DNA of 64,000 nt from the NCBI RefSeq assembly GCF_009914755.1, contig NC_060925.1, one strand, 5' to 3'. Under the pieces are notes generated by a model. It was not told the origin of the DNA. It searched no databases and saw only the letters and a list, made by a program, of their open reading frames with translations. The translations under genes were made by a program, and so were the position numbers. Source of the stretch: the human T2T-CHM13v2.0 reference genome, Homo sapiens. This document shows, piece after piece, positions 1 through 12,910 of the stretch. Within the stretch, counting starts at the first letter, position 1; each line of letters begins with the position of its first letter.

Positions 1-685
1 GCAAATGGCCAATACAGTGGATACCTTGCTGTCCACCGTACAGCGTGGTTTACACACACTATACAAAGTGGAAGCAATGCATCCACATTGGCTGAAGCCT
101 TTCACCAGTATATTGTTCCAGCTCTCCCTTCCATCCTCTGCTTGATCACTTCTTTTTAAATTTCAATCCTTTTAGTTTCCTTTTCCTTTCCCTTTACTCT
201 CATCACACATTTAATTTCCATAGTTACATAATTTACATAACTTAAGATCAAATCTTTGCAGGTTTTAACATTCTACATTTCAGTGCAAGCCCAAGCCAGA
301 ATACGGAATTAAGTGGAATAAGACCTGTCCCTACCAAGGTGCTACATGTCCTTTTGATTAATGACCAGCATTTTCTTCTTAAAATACAGGTAATTTTCAC
401 ATGTTCTTATAAGATAAGTATTGCTGTCCTCACTTTGCAGTTGGGGAAAAATAAGAGATAGCTAATCCATCCAAGGAAAAAGTGATCAGAATATCATTTC
501 TTAAATTGTAGAGAAGACTAGGCTTAGTGGAAGCGCACATAATGTGTACACTACGGTTTAATGTCCACTAACATCCAGCCAGCTGCTGTTCTAGCTCCCA
601 AAGTGTTGCTCTCCTAGAATGATGGGGTGAAACCCATTCCTTCTGTGGTTAACAGGTGAGCAATGCAAAGGAGATTTCTGAGACT

Positions 686-1497
686 TTTTCCAAAGAAGAC
701 ATTCAAGTGGCCAACAAATATGAAAAAATGCTCAACATTACTAATCCTCAGAGAAATGCAAATTAAAACCACAGTGAAATACCACCTTACGTTAATTAGA
801 ATGGCTATTATTAAAAAGTCTAAAAAACAACAGATGTTGGTGAGGATGTGGAGAAAAGGGAAGGCTTATAACACTGTTGGTGGGAATGTAAATTAATACG
901 ACCTTCATGCAAAACAGTATGGCGATTTCTCAAAGAACTGAAAACCAGAACTACCATTAGATCCAGAAATTTCACCACTGGGTGTCTCCCCAAAGGGAAA
1001 AATCATAACATCATAACATCAAAAGGACACCTGCACTCGTATGTTTATCACAGCACTATTCACAATAGCAAAGATATGGAATCAATCTAAGTGTCCATCA
1101 ATGGAGAACTGGATAACAAAATGTGGTACATATACACCATGGAATACTACTCAGCCAAAAAAAAAAAAAAAACAGGAAATCATGTGTTTTTTTCAGTGAC
1201 ATGGATGGAACTGAAGGCCATTATCTTAAGTGAAATAACTCAGAAAGTCAAATATTGCATGTACTCCCTTATGAGTAGGACTAAACAATGAGCACACATG
1301 GGCATAGAGAGTGGAATAGTAGACATGAGAGACGACGAAAGTTGGGAGGGTGGAAGGGGGTGAGGGTTGAAAAATTACCTATTGGGTACAACATACACTA
1401 TTTGGGTGATGGGTGCACTAAAAGCCCAGACTTCACCACTACACAATATGTGCGTGTAAGAAATCTGCACTTGTATCCTCTAAATTTATAAAAAATT
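686..1497 (+). mobile_element. L1 3' fragment (ORF2 C-terminus + 3'UTR), L1MA/L1PB-type
   Basis: ORF 663-896 reads [30 protein letters not shown] (L1 ORF2 C-terminus); KMWYIYTMEYY motif; L1 3'UTR and A-rich end. Confidence 0.9.
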
Positions 1498-1507
1498 TTA
1501 AAAAGTG

Positions 1508-1877
<370 letters not shown>

Positions 1878-3149
1878 CTAAATATCATCTCCTTGCTACA
1901 GGACTTCTCAGAGCCTTAACATGCACAAATGCATTGTGAATCTGCATGGGGAGTTCCACCAATGCTGTATGTCTCCGTGAGCTACCTCACCCCACCCCAC
2001 CCCACCCCACTGCCCTATTCTGTTATCTGCGGAGAGTTCTGTGTAACACATTTCAACATGCTTGGAGCATGTGCATCTATTGACACTTCTCTAAATCAAA
2101 GGTTTCTTATCATCATCAGTGCACAAAAGAAGGATTTTGAAAATTCTTAGCCTTGAGGAGAGATGGTTCCTGATCCCAGGGATAAGATTTGGTGTAGCCA
2201 TGCCCTGTGAGCCCTGCCTGACGTGCCATCAGGTAAGGGAGGAACGCAGTAGGGAGGGGCACTCCCCTGTCCTGAGATAGCTCTGAGCCCTTGCCTGCCA
2301 GCACTCTTTTTCCTAGATACGTGGAGAAAAACGAAGGAACTAAGGACAGTGAGACAAGGAGGAGCTGCTGCTTCAGGCTTATCTGACACTGGTCAAGGAC
2401 ACCGAGAAAGTCTCTTTCTCAGGTATTGCCTGTGGAGCTTGGGAAGGAACTCGTGACCCTGGGCTCTCCTACATCATCCTGTGAACAGGGCCACCAGTGT
2501 TTGCAATGTTAAATCATGAAGTCCCCAGCCTACAGAGCAATCGCCAAAATGATGAGTGGTTATACGGCAGAAATCTGAGTTCTAGGATGCAGGAGACAGC
2601 TGCAGTATATCTGGCATGTCCACAGACACCAACTGGTCTAGTTTTGAAAAGGAAGCCCTAGTCTAGCCCTCAGCAGGACCAGCCAATGGTCCTCTCCCAT
2701 CTCCCACTGACCTCCCCAGTGACCTCAAGGCAAGTTCTTCTGCGTGGAGACTGGAAAATCCTGTCGTGCCCTAGCATCGCTTTAAGAATTTAAGAGTTTC
2801 TCAGATTGAAGTGCATGTGCTCTGAGGAGAGTGTGTGCGCAAAGTTACATGACAAATGTTGCAATTTTAACTTGCAGATTAAAATATACATATTTTTATA
2901 CGAAACCAAACATACTACGACCTAGAATGAAAAATGAATGAGTTTTCACGATTAAATATGAGACTTTCGTGAAATTTTGTGGGGCTCTGTTGGTTTTATC
3001 TTAGAATAAGGAAAGGAGTTGGCTTATTGTCTACTATTAGGACTCTTGGATGAAAAATCTTAGAATTTATATGTCTAATCCATACTTATTTTATAACTGA
3101 AGAAACTGAGGCTCAAACAGATGAAATGTCTTGTTCTAATCCCCCAGAC

Positions 3150-3640
3150 TGGTAGACATGTTAGTGTCCTACCCAATAGCCATTCCCATTCTGACACCAT
3201 CCCCTTTATTAAACTACAGAGCCCCAGTTATGTTTGGGGCACCAATGTGTCAGGCTGCAAATACTGGCTTTCTCAGAATCCCTTGTAGTTAGGATGAGCC
3301 ATGCAGTACAGTTCCGTCCAATAGCACATAAATGGAGGTTTCCGGGAAAATTTTGCTTCCTTGACTCAGATGTCCCCTCCTTTTTCTTCTCTTCTTCCTT
3401 CATATTTATGTCTGAAACATGGAAGTGAGATCTGGAGGGGCTGCAGCCATTTTGTGCTAGAAGGCAACAAATGTTCAGGCTGAATGCCATCATGCTGGGA
3501 ATGGTGAGGCAGGAATGACTTTTGGTCCCTGACAGCATGATTGAGCAGCTCTCCAATTCTGGACTGCCTAGACTCAGACTCCATGATATGTGAGAACAAT
3601 CAACACCTGTTTTTGAAGCCCCTTTAATTGTTTCCGTTAT
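3150..3640 (+). mobile_element. Old MaLR LTR (MLT1J/I-like)
   Basis: Resembles MLT1 LTR motifs (ccttgtagttaggatgagccatg; gctgcagccattttgtg; tgtgagaacaatcaacacc); boundaries approximate. Confidence 0.6.
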
Positions 3641-4178
3641 AAGAAAATGATTTCCTGACTGATATGCCCAGTCATCTCATTTAGGAAGACAGGATTTTGG
3701 TCTTATAAAAAATGTATAGGTATATAAATATATCTACAGAGAAATTGTTTATGGACCTTCTCATTTATAAAAGCATTCAAGTGATTAATAATATTGATGA
3801 TAAGATTTCTAATTAATATATCCTTTTATTTCTATGTGTTATAGTTGCAATTCAATATTATTTCAAAGAAAACTAATAATAATTGTATAGAGTACAATAT
3901 TTTCAAAATGCTTTGTGATGTATACATGGTTTCCTTCACCACACTCATTCCACCATCTAGACTAAACTATAAGGAATTCTCTAAGGAATGAGGGGGTTGG
4001 TACCACCTGCACCACTGAAGTTCCTAAGGAAGCCATGATGGAGAGTAAATCCCCAGTCTCACCAGAGAGTAAGGGGAAGGGGAAGTCCTTTCGGTTTGGA
4101 AAGAAGGGATAGTAATCAGTCAAGTGTGAGGATCCTGACTCTTTTTATTGAGGTAAGCAGCCAAGGGAGCCTATGGTA

Positions 4179-4586
4179 TGGTATAGTTTGGATATTTGTT
4201 CTCTCCAAATCTCATGTCAAAATGTAATCCCCCATACTGGAGATGGAGCCTGGAGGGAGGTGTTTGGGTCATGGGGCAGATCCCTGGATAAATGGCTTGG
4301 TGCCATCCCTGCGGTAATGAATGAATTCTTGCTCTATCAGTTTACACAAGACCTGATTGTTAAAAAGAGCCTGGCAACTCCTCCTCTTTTTCCTTCTCTC
4401 TCGCCATGTGATGCCTACTCCTCTTCCTCTTCCGTCATGATTGGAAGCTCCTTGAAACCCTCCCCAGAAGCAGATGCCAGCACCATGCTTCCTGTACAGC
4501 CTGCAGAATCAGACACCAAATAAACCTCTTTATAAATTACTCAGTTTCAGGTATTCCTTTATAGCAGTGCAAAATAAACTAATGCA
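4179..4586 (+). mobile_element. MST (MSTA/MSTB-like) MaLR solo LTR
   Basis: tggtatagtttggat..caaatctcatgtc start; cagcctgcagaa..taaacctctttataaattactcagt..aactaatgca end. Confidence 0.85.
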
Positions 4587-5457
4587 AGGTTTAAGGTAGC
4601 TATCCTAGACAGGCCCGAAGGGGAAGCAACAGGAAGAGGGCCTTTTCCTCTGTCTTTTCTATGGGACACCGGGCAGACTCCATTTCAGAGAATGTGCCCT
4701 ACGGCAACATGGGGCAGTCTTGGCAGCAAATAAATCGTTCATGTGTTAAGGCAGTGCCAGCTGAGGGGCCTGCCCAAGAGCTGCCATGGCAAGGCATGGG
4801 GGACCCCATAGCAGAGATTGTGGGGTGATGGCCTAAGCCAGGGCTAGCTAGACTGTACACCTGATATTTAGAGGTGGCAGAAATAGGGCTAGGTCAACGA
4901 GAAAGGCCCACCAGGTGCAGACTCTGAGAGGGGCTGACCACCGCCTCCCCATGGGAGACCAGAGTAGCAAGTACCAGGGGAGTGTCTGGTGGTAGAGCCC
5001 AAGAAGGCTCCTGAGGAGGCCTGGAGGGCCCAGGAAACACACACGGCAGGCCTGTGGGCCCAGGGGTCCTCAGCACCCTGCAGATGCATCCACTGACCCC
5101 AACAGACTCCCAGATGTCACTGGCCAGCAGGAGCAAGAAACTCTAAAGGTGGGGTATTTACCTCAAAGAAATGGGGTTACCCTAAGAAAGATGGCTTGAG
5201 ACGACACCAGGTTGAGCTTCCTTTATTTGGTGGATTTATGTCCTCTTCTCTCTATCTTTGCCCCTCAGCAATCCCAATTCTGAACAGGAATATGGGTGTC
5301 AGAGCAAATTCAAAGCAGTTAGAGAAAATTAAGAGTGCCAGTTTTTTTCCTGCATATCTGAGTTTGATGTGATACGTTCTCACTGCTGTCACATAATCTT
5401 CCGTAATTTGGGGCTCTAGCACAAAATAAAAATGGAAAGATAACAAGGAAGAAAGGG

Positions 5458-5600
5458 AGCTGGGTGTGGTGTGCGCCTGTTAATCCCAGCTACTTGGGAG
5501 GCCGAGGCGGGAGGATTGTTTGAGCCCAGGAGTTTGAGGCCAGCCTGGGCAACATAATGAGACCTTGTCTCAAAATTAAAAATTAATAATAATAAAAAGA
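5458..5600 (+). mobile_element. FLAM Alu monomer
   Basis: Single Alu left-arm-like monomer followed by A-rich tail. Confidence 0.8.
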
Positions 5601-6475
5601 AGTAAAAAAGAAGGAAGGAAGAAGATAATGTCTCTTCTCAATGCTGCAGCAGAGGAGGGAAACACAATTCCAAATGGTGGGCTCGGAAGAAGCTAAGTCC
5701 TAGAGGCAGGCAGGAGAGCACGATTTTCCTTCCCAGATAAATGAAAGCCAGGGCTGTACTTGCTGAAAGGGCTGGGGAGGCCAGGTCAGGGCTGTTCTGT
5801 GCTCTGCTGTGGCTTTGAGAGTTGCATTCTATCGTTGGAAGTTGGAGGGGCTGGAGCGGCCGGCAAGCCAGGGATGAGGAGAGAGAGTTGGTGCCCACCC
5901 TGCTCTGGCAGAGCTCCAGATTGGGCATCTCCTCCCTTTGTGTTTTGTTTTCATCACTGGCTCTCAGCAGCCCCTCTGCCGCTCCAGCCCCAAGCCCTGC
6001 ATTGCCATAGTAACACTCTCCCACCTCTTGGTGTTTGAAGTGTGTTTTCCTTCCAGGGCCTCTGTTCTTCCCTGATCCATTTCATCTGTTGTTTGCCACC
6101 CCTCTGACTGTTGGGCCCGTGTCTGCAGCTTTTATATCTGGCTCCAACTCCCAAGCCATTTTTTTGTTGCCTCCACTGCTGGGGCTGACAGAGTTGCCTT
6201 CATCCCTCCTGGTGAAAAAAAAACAAAACAGTACAAAAAACCCAGAAGCCTGACACCCACCTAGCTCAGTGTCTGCTCAACTGTGAACGAGGAGGAGGGG
6301 ATGGAGTCGAACTGTGTGGAGCAGGCTCTGCTCCGGATGCACCGATGGACACCCCAGGGGCAGAGCTGCATGCCTGGTGGGAGGTGTTAGGGTCCCACTG
6401 CCGTTTGGTCAGTGAGAGCGGCAGATCGACTCACATTCACATCTCCAAAACGGTGATTATTGTATGGGGTTGCAT

Positions 6476-6955
6476 ATCAGTTAGGACCCAATTTGGCTAC
6501 AGTTAAGTGAAAACTAAATGAACAGTGAATTTACACAAATAGGGCAGTTTCTTTTTCAGGGGGTAGACAGAGCCAGGCTAGCGTGGCAGGTCTTACCTGG
6601 ACATCAGGTGCCTTCCACCTTTGGCTCCACCATCTCAGTGTGGGGCATCCCTTCTTAAGGTAACATGATGGCCCAGGTTGCCTGCTGGACTTCCAGCCAT
6701 TTCATCTGCATTCCAAGGAGAAGGTGAAGTGGTGGGGCAAAATAGCTCTCCTCATCAGTCTGTCCCCACTTCTAAGGAGCCCCCTCCAGAAGTCCTTCCC
6801 AACACACTTCCATGTCTAATTTCCTAAAACTTAGTCCCATGGCTGCACCTGGTATGAAGGAGTCCTGGCGAAGACACGCTTTATAGCAGGCACCTTGCCA
6901 CCTCCAATGATGCAAGGATTTTGTAGGGGAGAATGCATGTTGACTAGGAACTGTC
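6476..6955 (-). mobile_element. Old ERVL/MaLR LTR (MLT1K/L or LTR33-like)
   Basis: tatcagttaggaccc..ggctacag..cttccagccatttcatctgcattcc resembles ancient LTRs; family uncertain. Confidence 0.5.
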
Positions 6956-6995
6956 ACACACTTCCCCATCAGCAGATGGGAAAGATGTGTGTGGG

Positions 6996-7320
6996 TGCTG
7001 TGGTCTGAATGTTTGAAACTGCCCCCAAACTCATATGTTGAAATCCTTATCCCCACAGTGATGGTATTAGGAGTTGGGGCCTCTGGGAGGTGATTAGGTC
7101 ATCAAGGTAGAGCCTAATGAGTAGGATTAGTGCCTTCATAAAAGAGACCCAAGAAGGTGCTATCAATACACCAGGAAGAAAGCCCTCACCAGACACTGAA
7201 TCTGCAGGTGCCTTGATCTTGGACTTCCCAGCCTCCAGAACTGTGAGAAATAAACTTCTGTTGTTTACAAGCCACCCAGTCCACAGTATTTTGTTATAGC
7301 AGCCCAAGGGAACTAAGGCA
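6996..7320 (+). mobile_element. MLT1A-like MaLR solo LTR
   Basis: tgctgtggtctgaatgt..catatgttgaaatcct..ggacttcccagcctccagaactgtgagaaataaa..aactaaggca. Confidence 0.85.
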
Positions 7321-7634
7321 GTCGTGGACTTCAGACTTCTCCCAACAGGCTGGAGCTCCTGGGAGTATTCGCACACATTGCTTAAGCTTTTCCTTCTGGA
7401 GAGGGGCCATTCAATGTTTCTATCCAAAAACTGGGGAGTGGTGGGAGCCTCCAGGCTGCGAGTGCAGAGCACTGGGTGGCAGGCAGGGAGTGCAGATGAT
7501 CCCTCTGCAAAGAACTTAACGCCATTCAGACAAACCTCTTACAGTAGCCTCCAGCAGTGAATGTGCTGTCTGTGCACGGCAGCAGCAGGGGGCTGGGTCA
7601 GATAGCGGTGACCCGGATGAAGGATTAACAGAAT

Positions 7635-7805
7635 CTTCTGGGAGCAGTGGTGTATGCCTGGAGTCCAAGCTACTCAGGAGGCTGAGTTCGGAGGATCTCT
7701 TGAGTCCAGGAGGCTGTAGTGTGCCATGCTTGCACCTGTGAAAAGCCACTGGACTCCAGGCTGGGTAGCACAGTTAGATCTCAGCTCTAAAATAAATGAA
7801 AATAA
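7635..7805 (+). mobile_element. Diverged Alu monomer (FRAM/AluJ right arm)
   Basis: agctactcaggaggctgag..ccactggactccaggctggg + A-rich tail. Confidence 0.7.
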
Positions 7806-9399
7806 GGAAATGAATTTTAAAAACTAGAATTCCACCCACTAGACCAGCATCCAAAGGCTTTTGTTTCACTTTTGTTTATTACCAAGATTTGTAAGTTTAT
7901 AGCACATTAAAGGATGCAGAAGCACCTGTCTGTAAGAGAATTCTACATGCTCCTTCTCCAGGGCCCTGCTTGCCTAGATATGGTACACATGTTCCATGAA
8001 GGAAGTGACGGTCCCACTGTAGAGGTTTGTCATCAAGAGAGGAGGTAGGAATGGAAAACAGCCCCTTAAGACTCTGCCTGAACCGTCCATGAGCCCGTGA
8101 TGCAGGATGTTCAACCTGAAAGGAAACTGGAGATTACATGGCCCGCTCCCTTCATCTTCAGATGAGAAGCCGAGGCCTTGCTAGGCTACATGAATAGTCC
8201 ACAGATGCTGGATTGTGGGCTCTGGGACTGGGACTGCCAGGCCTTCCTGTCCTCCCCTGCTCATCGATGGTCACCATGTTTGTGTATCTTTGGAGGCTAA
8301 ACTCTGGAGCCCTGCTCTTCCCCTAACTTGAGGTGAATTCCACCTTGCCAGTTCTCATCAGCGCTGGCTTTATTATCAGCAACACGGCAATAATGTCTCT
8401 GGGAAGCAATCCCTGGCAGAAATAGAAAATGCATGTACTAATGACTTGGCCAGCATGACAGTGGTACCTAAATGCTAAGTATGAATTATTAATTTGATGT
8501 CTTTGGTGGCAGGCCATGCACTCTGCAAGGTGCCAGAATCATTGCTTCAAGAGGAGCTCTTAAACCGAGCTTGCAGCTGCGTGGAATCCGGCAGGCTCCA
8601 TCTGGCAGCCCCTGGGGCCTCAGCCTTGCTGCCAGGCGGGATTTCTGTGTGCTGAGTGTTGCCTTGGCTCCCCTTCCTCCAGCAGGCACACTGGCATGTG
8701 GTTTGCATGGCCGGACAAGCCACCAGGTGGCTCCTGATGTCCTACCTGGGCGGTCACAGCAACAGGTGGCTGCACACAGAGAAAGTTGAATTACTCCACC
8801 GGGACCTTGACTTGGCTGCCCATGAGAATGTTTAGCTGCCTGTTGTCCAGGCTTTTCTTTGTCTTGCCACATGGGTTTTTACTCATTCATGAAAAAAGAA
8901 ATCCTAGTTTGCCCCCCATATTTAGTGACTCAGTGCTAAAGAAAAAGCCATCAGAAACTTCTGGACCCTTTATTTGTTCTTATGACTAAATCCCTCTATG
9001 CACATAAGCCTGTCTTGCTCTGAATTTCTTTTACAAAATGGAGACTTGGCAGCTGATCTAGTTGGTGGGTGTTCTGGGAAGGTACATTTCGGAGTGACTC
9101 TTGCTGTGAGGATTCCCTGAGTGTCTTTAGATATTTATTGGGTGCCTGACTCTAGGTCAAGAATCTGCCCTGAGAGGCTTATGCTGTAAGGATGTGTGCT
9201 AAGTCAGGAGCCAGTAACTCCACACAGGCAGGGTATGAGCGCTGCTCAGAGACGGGAAGGGGGCAGATCCCACTCCAGATTGCAAGCAATGAGGAGGTGC
9301 CCCACAGAGAGATGACTGGGCTGTCCCTTATGGCATGGATCAGAGTTTGACAAACAGGAGTGGCGGGAAGAGGGCATCCAAGAAAGAAGGAACCTGGAG

Positions 9400-9820
9400 A
9401 GTAAATCAGTCGGGGTTCCCTAAAGAAACAGCAACAACAATAGGTAGTGTGCATGCCAGGGTGGGTGGGTGAGATTGGTTTTAAGGAATTGGATCATGAG
9501 ATAATGGGGGCTGGCAAGTTCCAAATTTCCAGAGCTAGCCAGAGGCTAGAGACCAAAAGAAGAGTTTTTGCTTGAGTCTGAAGGTCATCAGCTGGCAGAA
9601 TTCCCTCCCCTTGGGAGAGGTCTGTGGTTTTCTTAAGGCCTTCAACTGACTGGGTGAGGCCCACCCACATTATGGAGGATAATCTGCTTTACTCAAAATC
9701 CACTGATTTAAATGTTATCTCATCTAAAAGATACCTTCACAGCAAGATCTAGAATAATGTTTGTCCAAACAACTGGGCACCACAGCCTAGCCAAGTCGGC
9801 ATATGAAATTAGCCATCACA
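9400..9820. mobile_element. MLT2 (ERVL) solo LTR
   Basis: ttttaaggaattggatcatg..ttcaactgactgggtgaggcccacccacattatggagg..aaattagccatcaca is typical MLT2B. Confidence 0.8.
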
Positions 9821-10367
9821 GCTAGGTGCAGTGGCTCATGCCTGTAATCCCAGAGACTCAAGAGGCTAAGGCAGGAGGATTGCTTGAGGCCAGGAGTTCA
9901 AGAGCAATCTGGGCAGCATAGGGAGACCCTATGACATTCAACTTGGTCCCTGGCTGAAAGATGAGCTGGGAGCTTGCCTTTGGAAGAAGGCAGCAAGGAC
10001 CCTTCTACACCAACCATGGAATGAAGGCTGGGAAAACTGACTGGGCCAGCGTGGGCAGGTCCTCCTCCTCAGAGAGGAGCAGGTAATCCAAACCAAGTCA
10101 AAGCTGGCATAGAAAATTCAAGTATGATCCAGTGTTCAAGACTAACCTGAGCAACGTGGAGAGACCCCTCAAAAAAGGTGAAAAAAAATTAGCCAGGTGC
10201 AGTTATGCGTGCCCGTTGTCCTAGCTACTTGAGAGGCTGAGGTGAGAGGATTGCTTGAGCACAGGAGTTTGAAGCTGCAATGAGCTATGATCGCACCACT
10301 GCAATCATAGCTGTAGCAGCCAGTTGGGTGACAGAGTGAGGCCCTGTCTCTTAAAAAATAAGATAAA
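9821..10367 (+). mobile_element. AluJ interrupted by a ~200 bp non-Alu insert
   Basis: Left arm 9821-9929, foreign insert 9930-10131, resumed left arm and right arm to the tail; 18-bp TSD atgaaattagccatc(a/g)ca at 9803-9820 and 10368-10385. Confidence 0.88.
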
Positions 10368-12351
10368 ATGAAATTAGCCATCGCAGAGAGTATGTGATGT
10401 TTTGGGGGAAGAGACGTGAGACATCCATGTAGCGGGGTAGAGACGGGACAGGTGGGGGCGCTGGGCCCTCTAGAGGGATGAGGGTGGAGGGCATGCCTCC
10501 CGGGGCCAGGTTTCTGAAGACAGAGGATGAGCAGTGTGCTGTGAGTCAGGGGCTGATCCAGTGCTGGTGTGGGACAGAGTAAGGGAGGCCGTGGGGTAGT
10601 CTAGGGAAGAAAGTCAGGAGCAGCAGCCATGGAAAGTAGTGATGAAGGTGAGTGACTACTTCAAGAACAAATCTACAGGAGGACTTTTACCAAACACCCC
10701 TCTGTCTTAGGTCACTCACCTACTCTGAGGGCATTGTGAGAAGCAGCCACATGATACTTTGGATTTTCCCCATGTCATCGTAAGCTCTGTCTGAAACTTC
10801 ACATGCATATGTTCATTTCAGTTCTGGCAGCGGGAATAACTGTGCTTCTCTTTGAGCAGCGATTCGTATCTTCGAAACATTGTGACCAGTGCCACTGAGC
10901 ATGCCTCCCTCTTTGTGTTGGCTGCTCAGCATCTCAAAACCAAGCTTGGAGCTCCTCCTTAACAAGGGGCATCGTGACGTAGATTTGTTTGTGTCATATC
11001 CCTGGCTTTATCTTATTTTTCTTGTCCTTGTTTTCTCTCCCCTTGTCCTCACCTAACTGTTTTTAAGTCTTGTTTTAACGTATGCATCTTTGCAAGTTAC
11101 TTCAAGTCCTCTTTGAAAGCAAGTGGAGTAGACAGATTAGCAACCAACTGGACTTGACAACTGATGGCAGGGCAGGTATGACTTTGGAGACAAAGCTGAT
11201 TCCAAGTCTTCACTGGAGAAAAGAAAATCTGGAAGCAGGCTGATCTAGGGATGATTCTCAAAATGAGTTCCATTTTAGGAGGGAAAGTTCTGCCAGACTT
11301 CGCCAATCCCAGCTGCCCAAACAATGTCTGCTCTCTGAAGCTTAATTCTTCCCGGGCTCTGGAGAAATGAGAGTCAGACCATGTGTCTTAGTCTGTTTTC
11401 TATTGCTTATAACAGAATCCATGAAGCTAGGTAATTTATAAAGAAAAGGGATTTATTTCTTATATTTATGGAGGTTGAGAAGTAGAAAGTTGAGGAACTA
11501 CATCTGGTGGGGGTTTTCTTGCTGGTGAGGACTCTCTGCAGAGTCCCAAGGCAGTATAGAGGGTCACATGGTGAGGAGGCTGAGCATAGTAGCTCATATC
11601 TTTTTTCTTCTTCTGATAAAGCCACTAGTCACACTCCTGTGATAACCCATAAATCCATTAACCCATTAATCTATTAATCTGTGGATAGATGCATCCATTT
11701 ATTTGGGGAGGACCTCACGACCCAATAACTTCTTAAAAGTCCCACCTCTCAGTACTGTCATATTAAGGATTAAATTTCAACATGAGCTTTGGAGGGAGGG
11801 AACATTCAAAAGACAGCACCTGGAGTGATGTCCATTTGAAGCCCACTCCTTTCTAGTGGTATGCAGGATTGAGCTGCAGTCCTTCCAGGGTCTGTGTGCC
11901 AGGCCCTTGGGCAAATGCAGACCTTCAGCCTCTTTAAACACACCCGCTGCATACCTAAGAGCCAGGCTCTTCTGCCCTGGCTCTCTGTTGTGCCCTCTTG
12001 TGGAGTTCCTGCCAGTCCCTTTGCCTTCTGAGCTGGACTTTGCTCCTGGCACCCTTCACCTCATCTCAAATGATTCTGCCTGGTTTATGAAGTGGATGAA
12101 CCAAATATTGATCTGCTATATCAGAACTTCCTGGACTGTGAATCCCAGTGTGCATCAGACTTGAATTTTCTATGCCAGCTTTGACTTAGTTGGGATTACC
12201 TGCCTTTCCCTGAGGAGGAGGACCTGCCCATGCTGGCCTGGTCAGTTTTCCCAGCCTTCATTCCATGGTTGCTACAGAACGGTCCTTGCTGCCTTCTTCC
12301 GAAGGCAAGCTCCCAGCCCATCTTTCAGCCAGGATCAAGCTGAATGTCATA
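9930..12351. repeat. Inverted repeat pair 9930-10131 / 12151-12351
   Basis: Reverse complement of 12151-12351 aligns to 9930-10131 with ~20 differences in ~202 nt (hand count). Confidence 0.95.
11384..11818 (-). mobile_element. MST (MSTC/D-like) MaLR solo LTR
   Basis: tgtcttagtctgttttctattgcttataacagaat..ggtaatttataaagaaaa..tttcaacatgagctttggagg. Confidence 0.82.
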
Positions 12352-12429
12352 AGTTTGAGGTTCCAAAGACAATCTAGGTTGAGACATGTGCCAGGCAGTT
12401 AGGAAATAGGAAGCTACAGAGAATGAGGA

Positions 12430-12910
12430 CACTGAATTATATTGATTTGGGAGATATCCTCATGGAAGGAAGTAACTGTAGGCAGGGGCCCACATTAAAT
12501 CACTCAAAGACTTATATTGGGACACTAAGGAAAGGAGGACAAGGAGATAACCTTGGGACAACAACTTTATTATGGGGACAGGAGAAGAAAGGAGGTCAGT
12601 GAAGTATCATAGATGGTGGGCTCTAGAAGATCAAGGAGAGCCCTTGGGGACAGGAGCTGCAGGGAGCTAAGAGAGGAGAGAGCTTCAGGAAGGAGAAGGC
12701 CGTGAGCAGTAGTCAATGCTGATGGAGGTCAGGGAGGAGGCTGTGGCACACCCCACTGGACGTGGTGAGTACAGGTCACAGTGAGTTTCATAGGAGCAGA
12801 CTCAGTTGAGTCCTGGGCAAAAAGCTGATTGAATAGAATTAATACAAAGGGACGTGGTGAGAAAACGGGGGATTTGTGAAAAGCCTACTGTTTAAGAAAT
12901 GCTTTGGAAT
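12430..12910 (-). mobile_element. L2 LINE fragment
   Basis: Purine-rich segment gagcagtagtcaatgctgatggaggtcagg is a degenerate antisense of the L2 RT LDLSAAFDTVDH region. Confidence 0.55.
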
